Of a DNA stretch of 64,000 nucleotides, positions 1 to 10,384 are shown piece after piece; the stretch's first letter is position 1, and every line of letters starts with the position of its first letter. The translations under genes were made by a program, and so were the position numbers. Location: positions 250,961 through 314,960 of the forward strand of contig DATKWK010000017.1 of assembly GCA_035529595.1 (NCBI GenBank). Direction: 5' to 3'. This stretch comes from Candidatus Bathyarchaeia archaeon (GTDB lineage: Bacteria > Patescibacteriota > Microgenomatia > PFEM01 > JAFGMK01). Below the pieces are notes generated by a model. It was given only the letters and a program-made list of their open reading frames with translations, did not search any database and was not told the origin of the DNA.

Positions 1-183
1 ATTAAACCCGCTCCTCCCGGTACGGGACTAATCACCGGAGGAGCAATTAGAGCCGTAGCAGAGGCAGTAGGAATCAAAGACATGGTAAGTAAAATTTTGG
101 GAACTAAAAATAAGGCGAGTAATGTCTATGCAACAATTGAAGCGTTCAGAAAACTAAAACCGGTGGAGCATTCAAAAAGTTAA
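1..183 (+). CDS. rpsE: 30S ribosomal protein S5, C-terminal fragment (5' end lies outside the window)
   Basis: The frame is open from base 1 to TAA at 181-183. The translation ...IKPAPPGTGLITGGAIRAVAEAVGIKDMVSKILGTKNKASNVYATIEAFRKL matches the conserved S5 C-terminal domain. It sits directly upstream of rplO-secY, as in the spc operon. Confidence 0.85.
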   Translation: MKPAPPGTGLITGGAIRAVAEAVGIKDMVSKILGTKNKASNVYATIEAFRKLKPVEHSKS

Positions 184-238
184 AGCCGACGGAGGTAAGA
201 GACGCTCAGAAATAAACTTTAGAAATTAAGGAGGCGGA

Positions 239-733
239 ATGGCAACTGTTTTAAATAGATTACCCAAGATAACAGCCAAATCAAAAAAAAGGCTCGGCCG
301 GGGTTATGGCTCAGGTAAAGGCGGGCATACGGTTGGAAGAGGAGCAAAGGGAGATAAGGCACGCGGCAAGACAGGACTGTTGTTCCAGGGAACAAAAGCA
401 AAAAAATCTTATGTCAGGCGTTTACCTCTAAGACGGGGTAAAGGTAGGTTTAAGCCGCTAAAGCCCCGGCCTCTAGTTTTAAATGTTAGGGTTTTAAACT
501 TGTTGCCGGAGGAAAGTTTGGTAACGGCAGAATTTCTTGTTAAGCAGGGAATTGTCCATCAACAAGAGATCATCGGTTCGGGAGTAAAAATCCTGGGCGG
601 TGGCGAAATAGGAATCCCCTTAACTGTGGCATTGCCTTGTTCTTTATCAGCCAGAAAAAAGATTGAAAAAGCCGGCGGTAAGGTAGTTGATTCAAAAGTC
701 GCTTCTGGGAAAAAAGAGGTAAGTAATGAATAA
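239..733 (+). CDS. rplO: 50S ribosomal protein L15
   Basis: 164 aa with a Gly/Lys/Arg-rich N-terminus ([21 protein letters not shown]) typical of L15. It lies between S5 and SecY. An RBS (AAGGAGG) sits upstream. Confidence 0.9.
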   Translation: MATVLNRLPKITAKSKKRLGRGYGSGKGGHTVGRGAKGDKARGKTGLLFQGTKAKKSYVRRLPLRRGKGRFKPLKPRPLVLNVRVLNLLPEESLVTAEFLVKQGIVHQQEIIGSGVKILGGGEIGIPLTVALPCSLSARKKIEKAGGKVVDSKVASGKKEVSNE

Positions 734-2012
734 AATATTGGCCGTCTTTAAAAGCGGATTGAAGATCCCTGAGATTAAAAAAAGAATTTTCTTTACCGCT
801 TTTATTTTTGTTATCTTTCGGTTGGCGGCCCATATCCCTGTTCCCGGCGTTGACCTTAAGGCCTTAAAGCAGCTTTTTTCTCAAAACCAGCTTTTAGGGC
901 TTTTGGATATTTTTTCCGGCGGGACGCTGGCCAATTTTTCTATTTTAGCCTTGGGTCTTAATCCCTATATTAACGCCTCGATAGTCTTTCAACTTTTAAC
1001 TATGGTGATTCCTTCTCTGGAGGAACTTTCGAAAGAGGGCGAATACGGCCGGGAAAAGATTAACCAATATACCCGGTTTGTCACTATTCCCTTAGCTGTT
1101 TTCCAATCGCTGGGCATGTATGCTCTTTTAAAGAATCAGCAAATTATTGGTCGCCTGCCGATCTTTAACTTGATCAGTTTTGTTGCTACTATGGTGACCG
1201 GAACAATCTTTTTGATGTGGTTAGGCGAACTTTTAACCGAGAGAGGGATAGGTAACGGTATTTCGATGCTGATTTTTGCCGGGATAGTTGGTCGGGTTCC
1301 CATTTCCTTCGGGCAAACCTTGACGATTTTTGAAAGTCAAAATTTATTCAGTCTCTTAGTGTTTCTGTTGATGGCCTTTGCCGTTATTTTTTTTATTGTC
1401 CTGGTCAACGAAACCAGTGTTAAAATTAAAATAGCCTACGCCCGGCGAATCCAAGGAAGACGGATGTATGGCGGTCAAGCGACTCATTTACCTCTTCGTC
1501 TTAATCAGGCCGGAGTGATTCCGATTATCTTTGCAATTTCTATCGTTCTTTTGCCCTCGATGGTCGGTAATTTTTTGCGGGGAGCGGCTAATCCGGTAAT
1601 TGCCCGGCTAGCCCAAACTGCCGTTGATCTCTTTCGGCCTAACGGGCTGGTTTATAATTTAGTTTATTTCTTATTGGTTGTCTGTTTTACTTATTTTTAC
1701 ACCGCTTTTGTCTTCGATCCTAAAAAGATTGCCGAGGAAATTAAAAAGTACGGCGGATTTATTCCGGGAATCCGACCCGGTTTACCGACGGCTGAGTATC
1801 TGAATCGAATTATTTCCCGGATTACTCTGCCCGGAGCGCTTTTCCTAGGCTTAATTGCCATCTTGCCTTCTTTTGCTCAGAGTCTTACCGGGGTAGGTAC
1901 TATGAGTATTGGCGGGACAGGGATTTTAATCGTTGTATCGGTAGTTTTGGAGACGACAAAGCAGCTTGAGTCAATGGTGGTAATGAGAAGTTATGATGGG
2001 TTTTTAAAATAG
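726..2012 (+). CDS. secY: preprotein translocase subunit SecY
   Basis: 428-aa polytopic membrane protein in the canonical position after L15. Overlaps rplO by 8 nt. Confidence 0.93.
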   Translation: MNKILAVFKSGLKIPEIKKRIFFTAFIFVIFRLAAHIPVPGVDLKALKQLFSQNQLLGLLDIFSGGTLANFSILALGLNPYINASIVFQLLTMVIPSLEELSKEGEYGREKINQYTRFVTIPLAVFQSLGMYALLKNQQIIGRLPIFNLISFVATMVTGTIFLMWLGELLTERGIGNGISMLIFAGIVGRVPISFGQTLTIFESQNLFSLLVFLLMAFAVIFFIVLVNETSVKIKIAYARRIQGRRMYGGQATHLPLRLNQAGVIPIIFAISIVLLPSMVGNFLRGAANPVIARLAQTAVDLFRPNGLVYNLVYFLLVVCFTYFYTAFVFDPKKIAEEIKKYGGFIPGIRPGLPTAEYLNRIISRITLPGALFLGLIAILPSFAQSLTGVGTMSIGGTGILIVVSVVLETTKQLESMVVMRSYDGFLK

Positions 2013-2027
2013 TAGAGTATCTTAATC

Positions 2028-2690
2028 ATGATTCTAATTATTACTGGCCCACAGGCGTCTGGTAAGGGAATCCAGGCCGAATCACTCAAGGATAAATTCG
2101 GATTGATACACTTTTCTATGGGTGATGTTTTAAGAGAACTTGTCAAAACGGGCGGTGAGACCGGAAAGAAGATAGATGAATACATGAATCGCCGTGGAGC
2201 TTTGGTACCTGACGAGATAGCATCCGAAGTGATTAGCCGTTTCTTAACCAAGAAATATATTAAAAAAGGGATTATTTTTGACGGTTATCCTAGGACTAAG
2301 AAACAGCTCGAGATACTGGAAAAGTTAGTCCGGCAGAAGGGAGCATCAATAGATTTGGTTCTTTATCTATATGCCTCAGAAAAAGTTATTAACCAAAGAT
2401 TATCGGGACGATTGGTTTGCCCAAGATGCGGAAGGAACTACCATACGGTAAATATGCCTCCTAAGATTAAAAACGTTTGCGATGATTGTAAGATTAAGTT
2501 GGTAAGAAGAAAAGATGAAAACCCTGAGGCAATTAAAGAGAGATTGGCTATATACCGGCAAGAGACTGCTCCACTGCTTCAAATATATCGGAAAATGGGA
2601 ATATTGGAGGAGTTAGATGGTGACGAGCCTCCGAAAAACGTTTTTGCCGATATCTTGGTTAGACTTGAGAAAGCAGGCTTGACTAAATGA
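2028..2690 (+). CDS. adk: adenylate kinase (long form with a Cys4 zinc lid)
   Basis: P-loop GPQASGKGIQ and a LID region with CPRCGRNYH...CDDCKIKL (Zn knuckle). Located after secY. Confidence 0.93.
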   Translation: MILIITGPQASGKGIQAESLKDKFGLIHFSMGDVLRELVKTGGETGKKIDEYMNRRGALVPDEIASEVISRFLTKKYIKKGIIFDGYPRTKKQLEILEKLVRQKGASIDLVLYLYASEKVINQRLSGRLVCPRCGRNYHTVNMPPKIKNVCDDCKIKLVRRKDENPEAIKERLAIYRQETAPLLQIYRKMGILEELDGDEPPKNVFADILVRLEKAGLTK

Positions 2691-3484
2691 AAATTCCCGT
2701 AAAGACGACAAAAGAAACAGCACTAATGATTGAGGGAGGCAAGAAATTAGCTCGTGTTGCCAGAAAGGTATTGAAACAGACTAAACCTGGTGTTAAATTA
2801 GACAGCCTCAATCAATCAGCCGAAAATTCCATTTACGGGGAAAAAGGGGAACCTTCTTTTAAGAAAGTGCCAAACTATCATTGGGCGACTTGTATCAACA
2901 TAAATGACGGTGTCGTGCATGGTATTCCCGGCGCTTATAAAATTCAAGAAGGCGATCTGGTAAGCCTTGACTTAGGGATGGTTTATCGCGGCTACCACAC
3001 TGATATGGCGCGTACAATCTGCGTCAGAAGTCAAAAATCACCCGTTCTCGACTTCGTCTCGACGAGGTCGGGAAAAAGCGGAATTCAAAAAGACCTTTTT
3101 TTAGAAGTAGGTAAAAAAGCTTTGAAGCAAGCTATTAAGGCAGCTAGGGCCGGAAACCGAGTGGGAGATATTTCCCAGTCGATTGAAAAAGTGGTTAAAG
3201 GCTCTGGTTTTTACCCGGTCGAAAACTTGACCGGGCACGGGATCGGCAAGAATCTGCATGAAGCACCGTCAATCCCTTGTTTTTTGGCTGACAGGGTGGC
3301 AGATACTCTTTCTCTGAAGACAGGAATGGCTCTGGCAATTGAAGTTATTTATACTCAAAGAAAGACTGATTTATACATTACCGAAGATGGTTGGACGGTA
3401 AGGACGAGGGATGGAAGTCTGGCGGCTTTGTTTGAAGACACCGTTTTAATTACTGATTTAGGATCAAAAGTAATTACCCGATAG
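2687..3484 (+). CDS. map: methionine aminopeptidase type I
   Basis: 265 aa with the pita-bread fold order (TCINI...D-x-G...HGIG). ATGA overlap with adk. Confidence 0.88.
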   Translation: MKIPVKTTKETALMIEGGKKLARVARKVLKQTKPGVKLDSLNQSAENSIYGEKGEPSFKKVPNYHWATCININDGVVHGIPGAYKIQEGDLVSLDLGMVYRGYHTDMARTICVRSQKSPVLDFVSTRSGKSGIQKDLFLEVGKKALKQAIKAARAGNRVGDISQSIEKVVKGSGFYPVENLTGHGIGKNLHEAPSIPCFLADRVADTLSLKTGMALAIEVIYTQRKTDLYITEDGWTVRTRDGSLAALFEDTVLITDLGSKVITR

Positions 3485-3552
3485 GAGGATTATCGGATTA
3501 GGCTTGAATTAAGGCCGATAGTTTGGTAAAATCTGGACGTATAATCTTGATT

Positions 3553-3771
3553 ATGAGTAAGGAAAAAGGGATAGTTCTAGAAGGTGAAGTAATCGAAGCA
3601 CTGCCTAACGCGATGTTTAGAGTTAAAACTGAAGACAAAGGGATGGTTCTTTGTCATCTTTCGGGTAAAATGAGGCTTAATCACATTAAAGTTTTACCTG
3701 GAGACGGGGTCAAAATCGAAGTTTCGCCTTACGATTACTCGAGAGGAAGAATTACTTATAGACAAAAATAG
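3553..3771 (+). CDS. infA: translation initiation factor IF-1
   Basis: [24 protein letters not shown]... S1-like fold. I prefer the ATG at 3553 to the TTG at 3523 that the ORF track used. Confidence 0.88.
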   Translation: MSKEKGIVLEGEVIEALPNAMFRVKTEDKGMVLCHLSGKMRLNHIKVLPGDGVKIEVSPYDYSRGRITYRQK

Positions 3772-3781
3772 AGAGGTGGAA

Positions 3782-3895
3782 TTGAAGGTTCAAGCGTCAG
3801 TTAAAAAACGTTGTAAGAAATGCAAGATTGTCCGTCGTCGAGGCCGGGTTTTTGTTGTTTGCGAAAACCCTAGGCACAAACAGCGGCAAGGATGA
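3782..3895 (+). CDS. rpmJ: 50S ribosomal protein L36 (TTG start; missed by the ORF track)
   Basis: The hand translation from TTG 3782 is [37 protein letters not shown] (37 aa, C-x2-C...C...H zinc ribbon). It is preceded by AGAGGTGGA and lies between infA and rpsM. Confidence 0.8.
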   Translation: MKVQASVKKRCKKCKIVRRRGRVFVVCENPRHKQRQG

Positions 3896-3936
3896 AAAGA
3901 AATCTTAAAATCACGAATTTATAGTTGAAAATTATT

Positions 3937-4353
3937 ATGGTCAGGGTTTCAGGAGTAATTTTGCCGGAAAACAAAAAAGTTGCCGTTGGCTTAACGACAA
4001 TTTGCGGTATCGGTCGCCCCAGAGCAATTCAGTTCTTAAACCGAGCCGGAGTTGATTCTAATAAAAGAGTTCGGGAATTGACTAGCGAAGAAATTGTCCG
4101 GCTACAAAAAGTCATTGGAGAAATTCCGGTCGAAGGGGCATTAAGAAGAGTTGTTAGCCAGGATATCCAGAGGCTCAAAAATATTGGTTCATACCGCGGC
4201 CTGCGCCATGGCCAAGGTCTGCCGGTAAGAGGACAAAGAACCCGTTCCAATGCCAGAACCAGGAGAGGTAGAAGAATTACTATTGGGGCAATGAAAAAAG
4301 AGGCGCTGGGTAAATTGGATACAGCTAAGAAACAAAAGGAAGTCGCTAAATGA
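3937..4353 (+). CDS. rpsM: 30S ribosomal protein S13
   Basis: [30 protein letters not shown]... with an Arg-rich C-terminus. The track ORF begins 12 nt earlier at 3925. Confidence 0.9.
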   Translation: MVRVSGVILPENKKVAVGLTTICGIGRPRAIQFLNRAGVDSNKRVRELTSEEIVRLQKVIGEIPVEGALRRVVSQDIQRLKNIGSYRGLRHGQGLPVRGQRTRSNARTRRGRRITIGAMKKEALGKLDTAKKQKEVAK

Positions 4354-4754
4354 CAGAAGCAGCTAAAAAGAAGATTACCGGAAAAAATAAGACAAAACCA
4401 ACTCTATTAATAAGAAGAGGAAAGGTTTTCATTCAGGCGACCTTTAATAATACGGTGATTACCTTTACGGATTTCGGAGGTAATACAATCTGTTGGGGTT
4501 CAGCCGGGTCAGTGGGCTTTAAAGGGACGAGAAAACATACGCCCTTTGCTGCCACAACTGCTCTCGAAGCGGTGGCTAAAAAAGCGAAAAATTTGGGAGT
4601 TAGGGAACTTGAAGTTTACGTTAAGGGTCCGGGATCAGGAAGAGATGCGGCCTTGAGGGCCCTAAAAACGTCAGGTTTTAAAATGGATTTAATTGCCGAC
4701 ATTACTCCAATTCCACATAATGGACCGAGGGCAAGGAAAAGAAGGAGAGTTTAA
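4350..4754 (+). CDS. rpsK: 30S ribosomal protein S11
   Basis: [41 protein letters not shown] matches the S11 core. ATGA overlap with rpsM. Confidence 0.9.
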   Translation: MTEAAKKKITGKNKTKPTLLIRRGKVFIQATFNNTVITFTDFGGNTICWGSAGSVGFKGTRKHTPFAATTALEAVAKKAKNLGVRELEVYVKGPGSGRDAALRALKTSGFKMDLIADITPIPHNGPRARKRRRV

Positions 4755-4786
4755 AATTTAATTTAAGTTGGTCGGAACGGAGAAAA

Positions 4787-5410
4787 ATGGCCCGATATAC
4801 AGAACCTAAATGCAGACTATGTCGAAGAGAAGGAGCAAAGCTCTTTTTAAAAGGCTCTCGTTGTTATTCGACAAAGTGCCCGATTGAAAAGAAGGGCGCC
4901 GTTCCCCCAGGTCAACACGGATTAAAAGCGGCTAGAAGATTAAGTGATTATGGCCGGCAGTTAAGGGAAAAACAGAAGGCTAAGAAAATTTATGGCGTTT
5001 TAGAAAGACAGTTTAAAAATTATTTTGATCGGGCTTTAAAGGTAAAAAAACAAGTCGGTGAGGTTCTTTTACAACTATTGGAATCACGTCTTGATAATGT
5101 GGTTTATCGGCTGGGTTTAGCTCCGTCAAGATCAGTAGCGCGACAACTGGTTTCCCACGGTCATATTCTGGTAGACAACAAAAAAGTCAATATCTCTTCT
5201 TATCAGGTTAAACCCGGTCAGTTAACTTCTGTAGTTTCCCGAAGCCTTAAAATCGACCAGATCGAAAGTTCTCTTAAAGATGATGAGCGTAAGGTGCCGA
5301 AGTGGTTGTCAAGAAAAGCAGCGGTTGGGAAGATGATTCGTTTGCCGAAGAGAGAGGAAGTTGAGACGGATATTAATGAAGATTTAATTATTGAATTTTA
5401 TTCACGATAA
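4787..5410 (+). CDS. rpsD: 30S ribosomal protein S4
   Basis: N-terminal C-x2-C...C zinc motif (CRLCRREG...CYSTKC) and an S4 RNA-binding domain. Confidence 0.9.
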   Translation: MARYTEPKCRLCRREGAKLFLKGSRCYSTKCPIEKKGAVPPGQHGLKAARRLSDYGRQLREKQKAKKIYGVLERQFKNYFDRALKVKKQVGEVLLQLLESRLDNVVYRLGLAPSRSVARQLVSHGHILVDNKKVNISSYQVKPGQLTSVVSRSLKIDQIESSLKDDERKVPKWLSRKAAVGKMIRLPKREEVETDINEDLIIEFYSR

Positions 5411-5434
5411 AAATATTATAAAAGGAGGCTAGTA

Positions 5435-6352
5435 ATGTTAGAGCCTATTTTTACGATTAAGGCAGAAAAAGAAGTTGAAGGTTTCGCCAAATTTTCTATA
5501 GAACCCCTCGAACAAGGTTATGGACATACTCTTGGTAACGCCATTCGGCGGGTGCTTTTATCAAGTATCCCCGGTGCTGCCGTCACTCAAGTTAAAATTA
5601 AAGGGGTGAAACATCGTTTTTCCACTTTAGAAGGCCTGCGGGAGGATATTATCGAGTTAATCTTGAATATTAAGAACATTAGATTGGTTTACGAGGGAAA
5701 AAAACCGGAAAAGATTACTCTGGAAAAAACCGGGCCGGGTGAGATAAGAGCAAGTGATATTACGACACCGGCGACAGTAAAAATTGTCAACCCGGAACTG
5801 GTGATAGGTTATCTTGCTTCAGCTCAAAATACCATTAAGGCCGAGCTGACAGTCGAACGTGGTTTCGGTTATTTACCCGCTGAAGGACGGGCGAGTAATG
5901 TCTTGGGTTTGATTCCGATTGACGCTGTCTTTTCACCGGTTTTAAGTGTTAATTATAAAGTGGAAAGCACCCGGGTGGGTCGTCGGACCGACTTAGACCA
6001 GTTAATTCTGGAGATTACAACTGATAAGACTGTCTCTCCCTCGGAAACTTTAAAAATGGCGGCCAAAATTTTGATAGACTTTTTTAAACAAGTAGTTAAT
6101 CCTAAAAAACCGCCGAAAGAAGAAAGAGAAGAAAAACCAGTCTTTTCAGAGCTATTAAACCTGACTGTTGAAGAACTTAATCTGCCGACGCGGATTGCCA
6201 ATGCCTTAAGAAGGGGTGGGTTTGGTACCTTGAGTGATTTGATTCAGGCACCTCTCGAGAACCTTCTTAAAGTCAAAAATTTGGGAGAAAAATCGATCAA
6301 GATTATTAGTGCTGCCTTGGATGAAAAAGGATTTTCTCTTAAGAAAGGATAG
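5435..6352 (+). CDS. rpoA: DNA-directed RNA polymerase alpha subunit
   Basis: 305 aa with an N-terminal dimerisation domain and a C-terminal HhH CTD (LNLPTRIANALRRGGFGTLSDL). Located after rpsD. Confidence 0.93.
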   Translation: MLEPIFTIKAEKEVEGFAKFSIEPLEQGYGHTLGNAIRRVLLSSIPGAAVTQVKIKGVKHRFSTLEGLREDIIELILNIKNIRLVYEGKKPEKITLEKTGPGEIRASDITTPATVKIVNPELVIGYLASAQNTIKAELTVERGFGYLPAEGRASNVLGLIPIDAVFSPVLSVNYKVESTRVGRRTDLDQLILEITTDKTVSPSETLKMAAKILIDFFKQVVNPKKPPKEEREEKPVFSELLNLTVEELNLPTRIANALRRGGFGTLSDLIQAPLENLLKVKNLGEKSIKIISAALDEKGFSLKKG

Positions 6353-6357
6353 GGAAG

Positions 6358-6819
6358 ATGCGGCATCATTACCAGAAAAAAAAGCTGAATCGGAATACCG
6401 GCCAACGACAAGCGTTGTTTAAGAATCTGATTAAGTCTCTTATTGTGCATGAAGAGATAAAAACAACTGAAAGTAAAGCCAAGGTAGTGAGGAGAATTTT
6501 TGAAAAGTTGGTCACGAAAGGAAAGGAAAGAACTATTCATGCACGTCGCCTGATCCACGCGTTTCTGCAGAATAAAAAGGCAGTTGGCAAACTGGTTGAT
6601 AAACTTGCGCCCCTGTTCAAGGGAAGAAAGGGCGGTTTTACGCGAATTGTCAGAGTTGGAGAGAGAAAAGGCGATCGGGCGATGATGGTAAAATTGGAAT
6701 TGATTGCCCGAACCCAAGAAAATACCAAAGAAAAAGAAAAGAAGAAAAAAGGAAAACCGGATAAAAAAACAGCAATTAAGAAGAATAAAGTCAATAAGGG
6801 AGAAAAACCGGAGAAATGA
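6358..6819 (+). CDS. rplQ: 50S ribosomal protein L17 with a Lys-rich C-terminal extension
   Basis: MRHHYQKKKLNRNTGQRQALFKNL... L17 core followed by KEKEKKKKGKPDKK... The tail explains the long shadow ORFs on the opposite strand. Confidence 0.9.
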   Translation: MRHHYQKKKLNRNTGQRQALFKNLIKSLIVHEEIKTTESKAKVVRRIFEKLVTKGKERTIHARRLIHAFLQNKKAVGKLVDKLAPLFKGRKGGFTRIVRVGERKGDRAMMVKLELIARTQENTKEKEKKKKGKPDKKTAIKKNKVNKGEKPEK

Positions 6820-7235
6820 AAAAAACTCATTCAAAAAAAACTTTAGAAATTGTTAGACAGTGGCATTTATTTGATTTAAATGATCAAATTCTTGGCCGCG
6901 TAGCGACTGAAATCGCTTTACTGTTAATGGGGAAGAAAAAAGTTAACTTTTCTTCACACTTGGACGGTGGAGATTATGTCGTGGCAGTTAACTGCGAAAA
7001 AGTTAAAGTTACCGGTAAAAAGTCCGGGCAGAAGAAATATTATCGCCATTCCGGCTATCCGGGCGGTTTCAGAGAGACTACTTTTCGAAAACAGATGGAA
7101 AAACATCCGATGGAAATAATTCGTCATGCCGTATCCGGGATGTTGCCTAAGAATCGGTTGAAAGAGAAGAGATTGTTCAGACTGAAGCTATTTGTCGGCG
7201 ATAATCATCCGTATCAAGACAAGTTGAAAAATTAA
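6816..7235 (+). CDS. rplM: 50S ribosomal protein L13
   Basis: TLEIVRQWHLFDLNDQILGRVATEIALLLMGK is an L13 signature. ATGA overlap with rplQ. Confidence 0.9.
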   Translation: MKKTHSKKTLEIVRQWHLFDLNDQILGRVATEIALLLMGKKKVNFSSHLDGGDYVVAVNCEKVKVTGKKSGQKKYYRHSGYPGGFRETTFRKQMEKHPMEIIRHAVSGMLPKNRLKEKRLFRLKLFVGDNHPYQDKLKN

Positions 7236-7237
7236 AA

Positions 7238-7690
7238 TTGACTATGGAAGAGCAAAAAAAAAGAGCAAAACGATCAGCTAAGAAAAAGTCTGTTAAAAAA
7301 AGTTTCATCTATGCTGTCGGGAGAAGAAAGACTGCTTCGGCCAGAGTCCGTTTATACCTAGGTAAAGGTGAGATGCTAGTTAATGGCAAGCTGATTTCGC
7401 AGTACTTCCCGGGGAAAACAAATGAAGTTTTTTACACGAAGCCGTTGCGTATTTGTAATGTTTTAGGGAAATACTATGCCACAGTTAAGGTTGTCGGATC
7501 GGGTAAAAATGCCCAACTGGAAGCGGTAGTCCACGGTTTAGCTCGGGCTCTTGATAAGCTGGATAAGGAGCAATTTCATTCCTTTTTGAAAAAACACAAA
7601 CTTCTAACCCGTGATTCTCGGATGAGAGAGCGCCGAAAGGCCGGTCAGGCCGGTAGAGCTCGTCACAAGAAACAATCCCCGAAGAGATAG
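7238..7690 (+). CDS. rpsI: 30S ribosomal protein S9 with a Lys-rich N-terminal extension
   Basis: Ends ...GQAGRARHKKQSPKR, the conserved S9 C-terminus. Follows L13. Confidence 0.9.
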   Translation: MTMEEQKKRAKRSAKKKSVKKSFIYAVGRRKTASARVRLYLGKGEMLVNGKLISQYFPGKTNEVFYTKPLRICNVLGKYYATVKVVGSGKNAQLEAVVHGLARALDKLDKEQFHSFLKKHKLLTRDSRMRERRKAGQAGRARHKKQSPKR

Positions 7691-7757
7691 AAAACTGCGA
7701 TTATTTGTAATATTTTGATCTACTTTTCAGGTGGATAGACTAGGATACTTGATTGTA

Positions 7758-8570
7758 TCAGTTAAAATGAAGTCTAGAAATAGATGTGAATACCAAATAA
7801 GAATCTTTATTTCCACAAGCCCCCGTTGATTCCTCAGTAAAATTTAAAATAAATGGCTTTCCGAAATCGTAATAAAAATATATTGAACCTATATATGCGC
7901 CCGGTTCTTCAACTCCTTCTTTTAATGTAACTTCAAGAGAGGGTGGCCATTGCCAATTATCTTCATAAAACTCTTCTATACAACCATCAAACGGAATAAC
8001 ATCTAAAGCAGTATTGTAATCGCCAGGAATTTTATGTCCGCCAATCTCTGTCTTCATATTTTTTTGCCACCAGTCTACCAGGTTATTTTTATCAGTAGTA
8101 TTTGCGTCATAAATTGTATAAACATTTGGAAAATCTTCAGTGCTACTATCGCTTCGATGAGTTGTGTTTATGATGATAATTTGAGAATCTCTTTCTTCCA
8201 ATCTAAACGAAGAGGAAAGTTCTCCTTTAAAATATCGATCCTGCGGGTAATTAAATTTAAAGTTATATTTTTCATTTTTATATACTCGTTGATTTGATGT
8301 TGTGAGTGACAAGGTAGGTTTTGTAATCAAGGTAGGCTGTTCTTGTTGGGGCGATGAAATTTGAGTTATTAGGTTTGTTGTAGAAGTAGTTGTATTTACC
8401 CTGTTGTCTTGAAGATAACCATAGCCGAGAGCTCCAACAGCCATAAAAAATATTGCCCCAAAAACATAAAGGAACACTTTAACAAATTTATTATTTTGTG
8501 TTTGAATGATAGGTCGATCAGGTATTATTGATGGCTGATTCGTATTTACTGAAGGGGCGTTTGTCTTCAT
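7758..8570 (-). CDS. hypothetical membrane-anchored extracytoplasmic protein
   Basis: 270-aa ORF with one N-terminal TM helix (VFLYVFGAIFFMAVGALGYGYL), a Thr/Ser/Pro-rich linker and then a globular domain with 3 Cys. No recognisable family. AT-rich codon usage. Confidence 0.5.
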   Translation of the reverse strand: MKTNAPSVNTNQPSIIPDRPIIQTQNNKFVKVFLYVFGAIFFMAVGALGYGYLQDNRVNTTTSTTNLITQISSPQQEQPTLITKPTLSLTTSNQRVYKNEKYNFKFNYPQDRYFKGELSSSFRLEERDSQIIIINTTHRSDSSTEDFPNVYTIYDANTTDKNNLVDWWQKNMKTEIGGHKIPGDYNTALDVIPFDGCIEEFYEDNWQWPPSLEVTLKEGVEEPGAYIGSIYFYYDFGKPFILNFTEESTGACGNKDSYLVFTSISRLHFN

Positions 8571-8763
8571 TTATTCTCTCTAGAATTAAAATCGACCCTC
8601 TATTTATTATTTAATATTTTCTCTATTTTTTTTGTATCCCGCTTGAATATTGAAAAGCTCTTTTGGGTCAATAGTGAAGGCGGTTACTTTTGTACCCAAT
8701 TGGTAGGTTGAAAAAGCCAAGAGTGAGCTGTCAATTTGCTTCATAGAGTAAAATAGGCTAGCG

Positions 8764-10338
8764 ATGATTATGAATTTGAATGACTTGATTCTAACCATAA
8801 TCCGGGAAAAAGTAAATTCCCGTCATCAATTAGAAAAGTTAATGAGGCAGTATGCTAAAGAGAAGGTAACTCCCATCCCAAAAAAATATCAGCTTTTACG
8901 GCAGTATCAAATGCTTTTAAAAAAAGGACGGCTAACTAAGCAGCCGTGGCTTGAGGAGCTACTTCTGGCTAAGCCGGTCCGAACTCTCTCCGGGGTGACG
9001 CCTTTGACAGTTCTGCTTAAACCTTATCCCTGTCCGGGAGAGTGCATTTATTGTCCTGACCAAGCCGGGATTCCTAAGAGCTATTTGGCCGATGAGCCGG
9101 CGGTTTTACGGGCAAAGAAACTCGATTTTAATCCGTTTGAACAGGTTAAATACCGGTTATGGGTTTTTAAGCTGATGGGCCATCAGGTATCCAAAATTGA
9201 GCTTATTATTCTGGGAGGGACATTTTCTTCATATCCGAAACAGTACCGTGTTGCTTTCATAAAAAAATGCTTTGATGCTTGCAATCAACAGAAATCAGTA
9301 AATTTATCGGCGGCTCAAAAAGCCAACCAGTCAGCCAGAAGAAAAATCATTGGCATTACCGTTGAAACCAGACCTGATTTGGTTAATGAACAGGAAATTA
9401 AATTCTGGCGCCAGTTAGGAGTGACGCGGGTTGAGCTGGGGGTTCAATCTCTGTACCCTGTCATCCTTAAAACCATCAGGCGCGGACATGCTCTGTCGGC
9501 AATCGTAAAAGCAACTAAATTATTAAAAGATAACGGCTTTAAGGTATGTTATCATCTTATGCCCGGGCTGCCGGGCTCAGATTTTACCAAAGACCTAGCT
9601 ATGTTTAAAAAGACTTTTAGCAATTCACATTTCCGGCCGGATTTTGTTAAAATTTATCCTTGTGTTGTCTTAAAAGAGAGTCCGTTATATCAGGATTGGT
9701 TGGCCGGAAAATTCAGGCCGCTTGAGGACAGGCAGCTAGTCAAGCTATTGGTAAGTATCAAAAAAAATATCCCGGAATATGTCCGGATTAACCGCTTAGG
9801 TCGTGATATTCCGATTGCCAATATCGTTGCCGGCTACCGGTATTCCCATATTCGGGAAATGGTGCAGGAAGAACTGCAAAAACAAAAATCCTCCTGTCAA
9901 TGTATCCGCTGTCGAGAGATAAGAGAAGGCAAATTTAAAGATAATAATTTAAAATTAAAAATTTCTCGGTATCCAGCTTCAGGTGGTAGGGAATTTTTTT
10001 TGCAGATTATAGATTCTGATAACCGGCTCCATGCTCTGCTGCGATTAAGGTTTCCGGGAAAAAACCGGCAGGATGTTTTTCCGGTTCTAAAGGGCGCCGC
10101 TTTGGTTCGGGAACTTCATACTTTCGGCCAATCGCTGGCTTTAACAGAAAGAAAAAAGCCGGCCAGTCAGCACCGGGGATTAGGTAAAAAGCTTCTTGAG
10201 GAAGCAGAGAAAATCTCCCGCCAAAACGGTTTCCTAAAGGTTGCGGTGATCGCCGGTGTTGGTGTCAGAGATTATTACCGCCGGCTGGGTTATCAGCTCC
10301 GCCAAACTTATGTGATTAAGAGATTATTATCTGATTAA
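8764..10338 (+). CDS. ELP3-family radical-SAM / GNAT acetyltransferase (putative tRNA wobble-uridine modification enzyme)
   Basis: CPGECIYCPDQ radical-SAM cysteine triad, a central TIM-barrel region, and a C-terminal GNAT with QHRGLGKKLLEEAEKI...AVIAGVGVRDYYRRLGY, typical of the Elp3 C-terminus. Confidence 0.82.
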   Translation: MIMNLNDLILTIIREKVNSRHQLEKLMRQYAKEKVTPIPKKYQLLRQYQMLLKKGRLTKQPWLEELLLAKPVRTLSGVTPLTVLLKPYPCPGECIYCPDQAGIPKSYLADEPAVLRAKKLDFNPFEQVKYRLWVFKLMGHQVSKIELIILGGTFSSYPKQYRVAFIKKCFDACNQQKSVNLSAAQKANQSARRKIIGITVETRPDLVNEQEIKFWRQLGVTRVELGVQSLYPVILKTIRRGHALSAIVKATKLLKDNGFKVCYHLMPGLPGSDFTKDLAMFKKTFSNSHFRPDFVKIYPCVVLKESPLYQDWLAGKFRPLEDRQLVKLLVSIKKNIPEYVRINRLGRDIPIANIVAGYRYSHIREMVQEELQKQKSSCQCIRCREIREGKFKDNNLKLKISRYPASGGREFFLQIIDSDNRLHALLRLRFPGKNRQDVFPVLKGAALVRELHTFGQSLALTERKKPASQHRGLGKKLLEEAEKISRQNGFLKVAVIAGVGVRDYYRRLGYQLRQTYVIKRLLSD

Positions 10339-10384
10339 TTCTTGTTGTTTATCCAAAACACGGCTATACTGTAGTTGTTCTATT

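Noticed and set aside
6244-6834. 196-aa and 97-aa minus-strand ORFs, and the 570-833 minus-strand ORF, antisense to rplQ and rplO/secY
   Set aside because: These are shadow ORFs created by Lys-rich (AAA/AAG) coding on the plus strand. Their translations are low-complexity Phe/Leu strings and they lie inside well-supported ribosomal genes.
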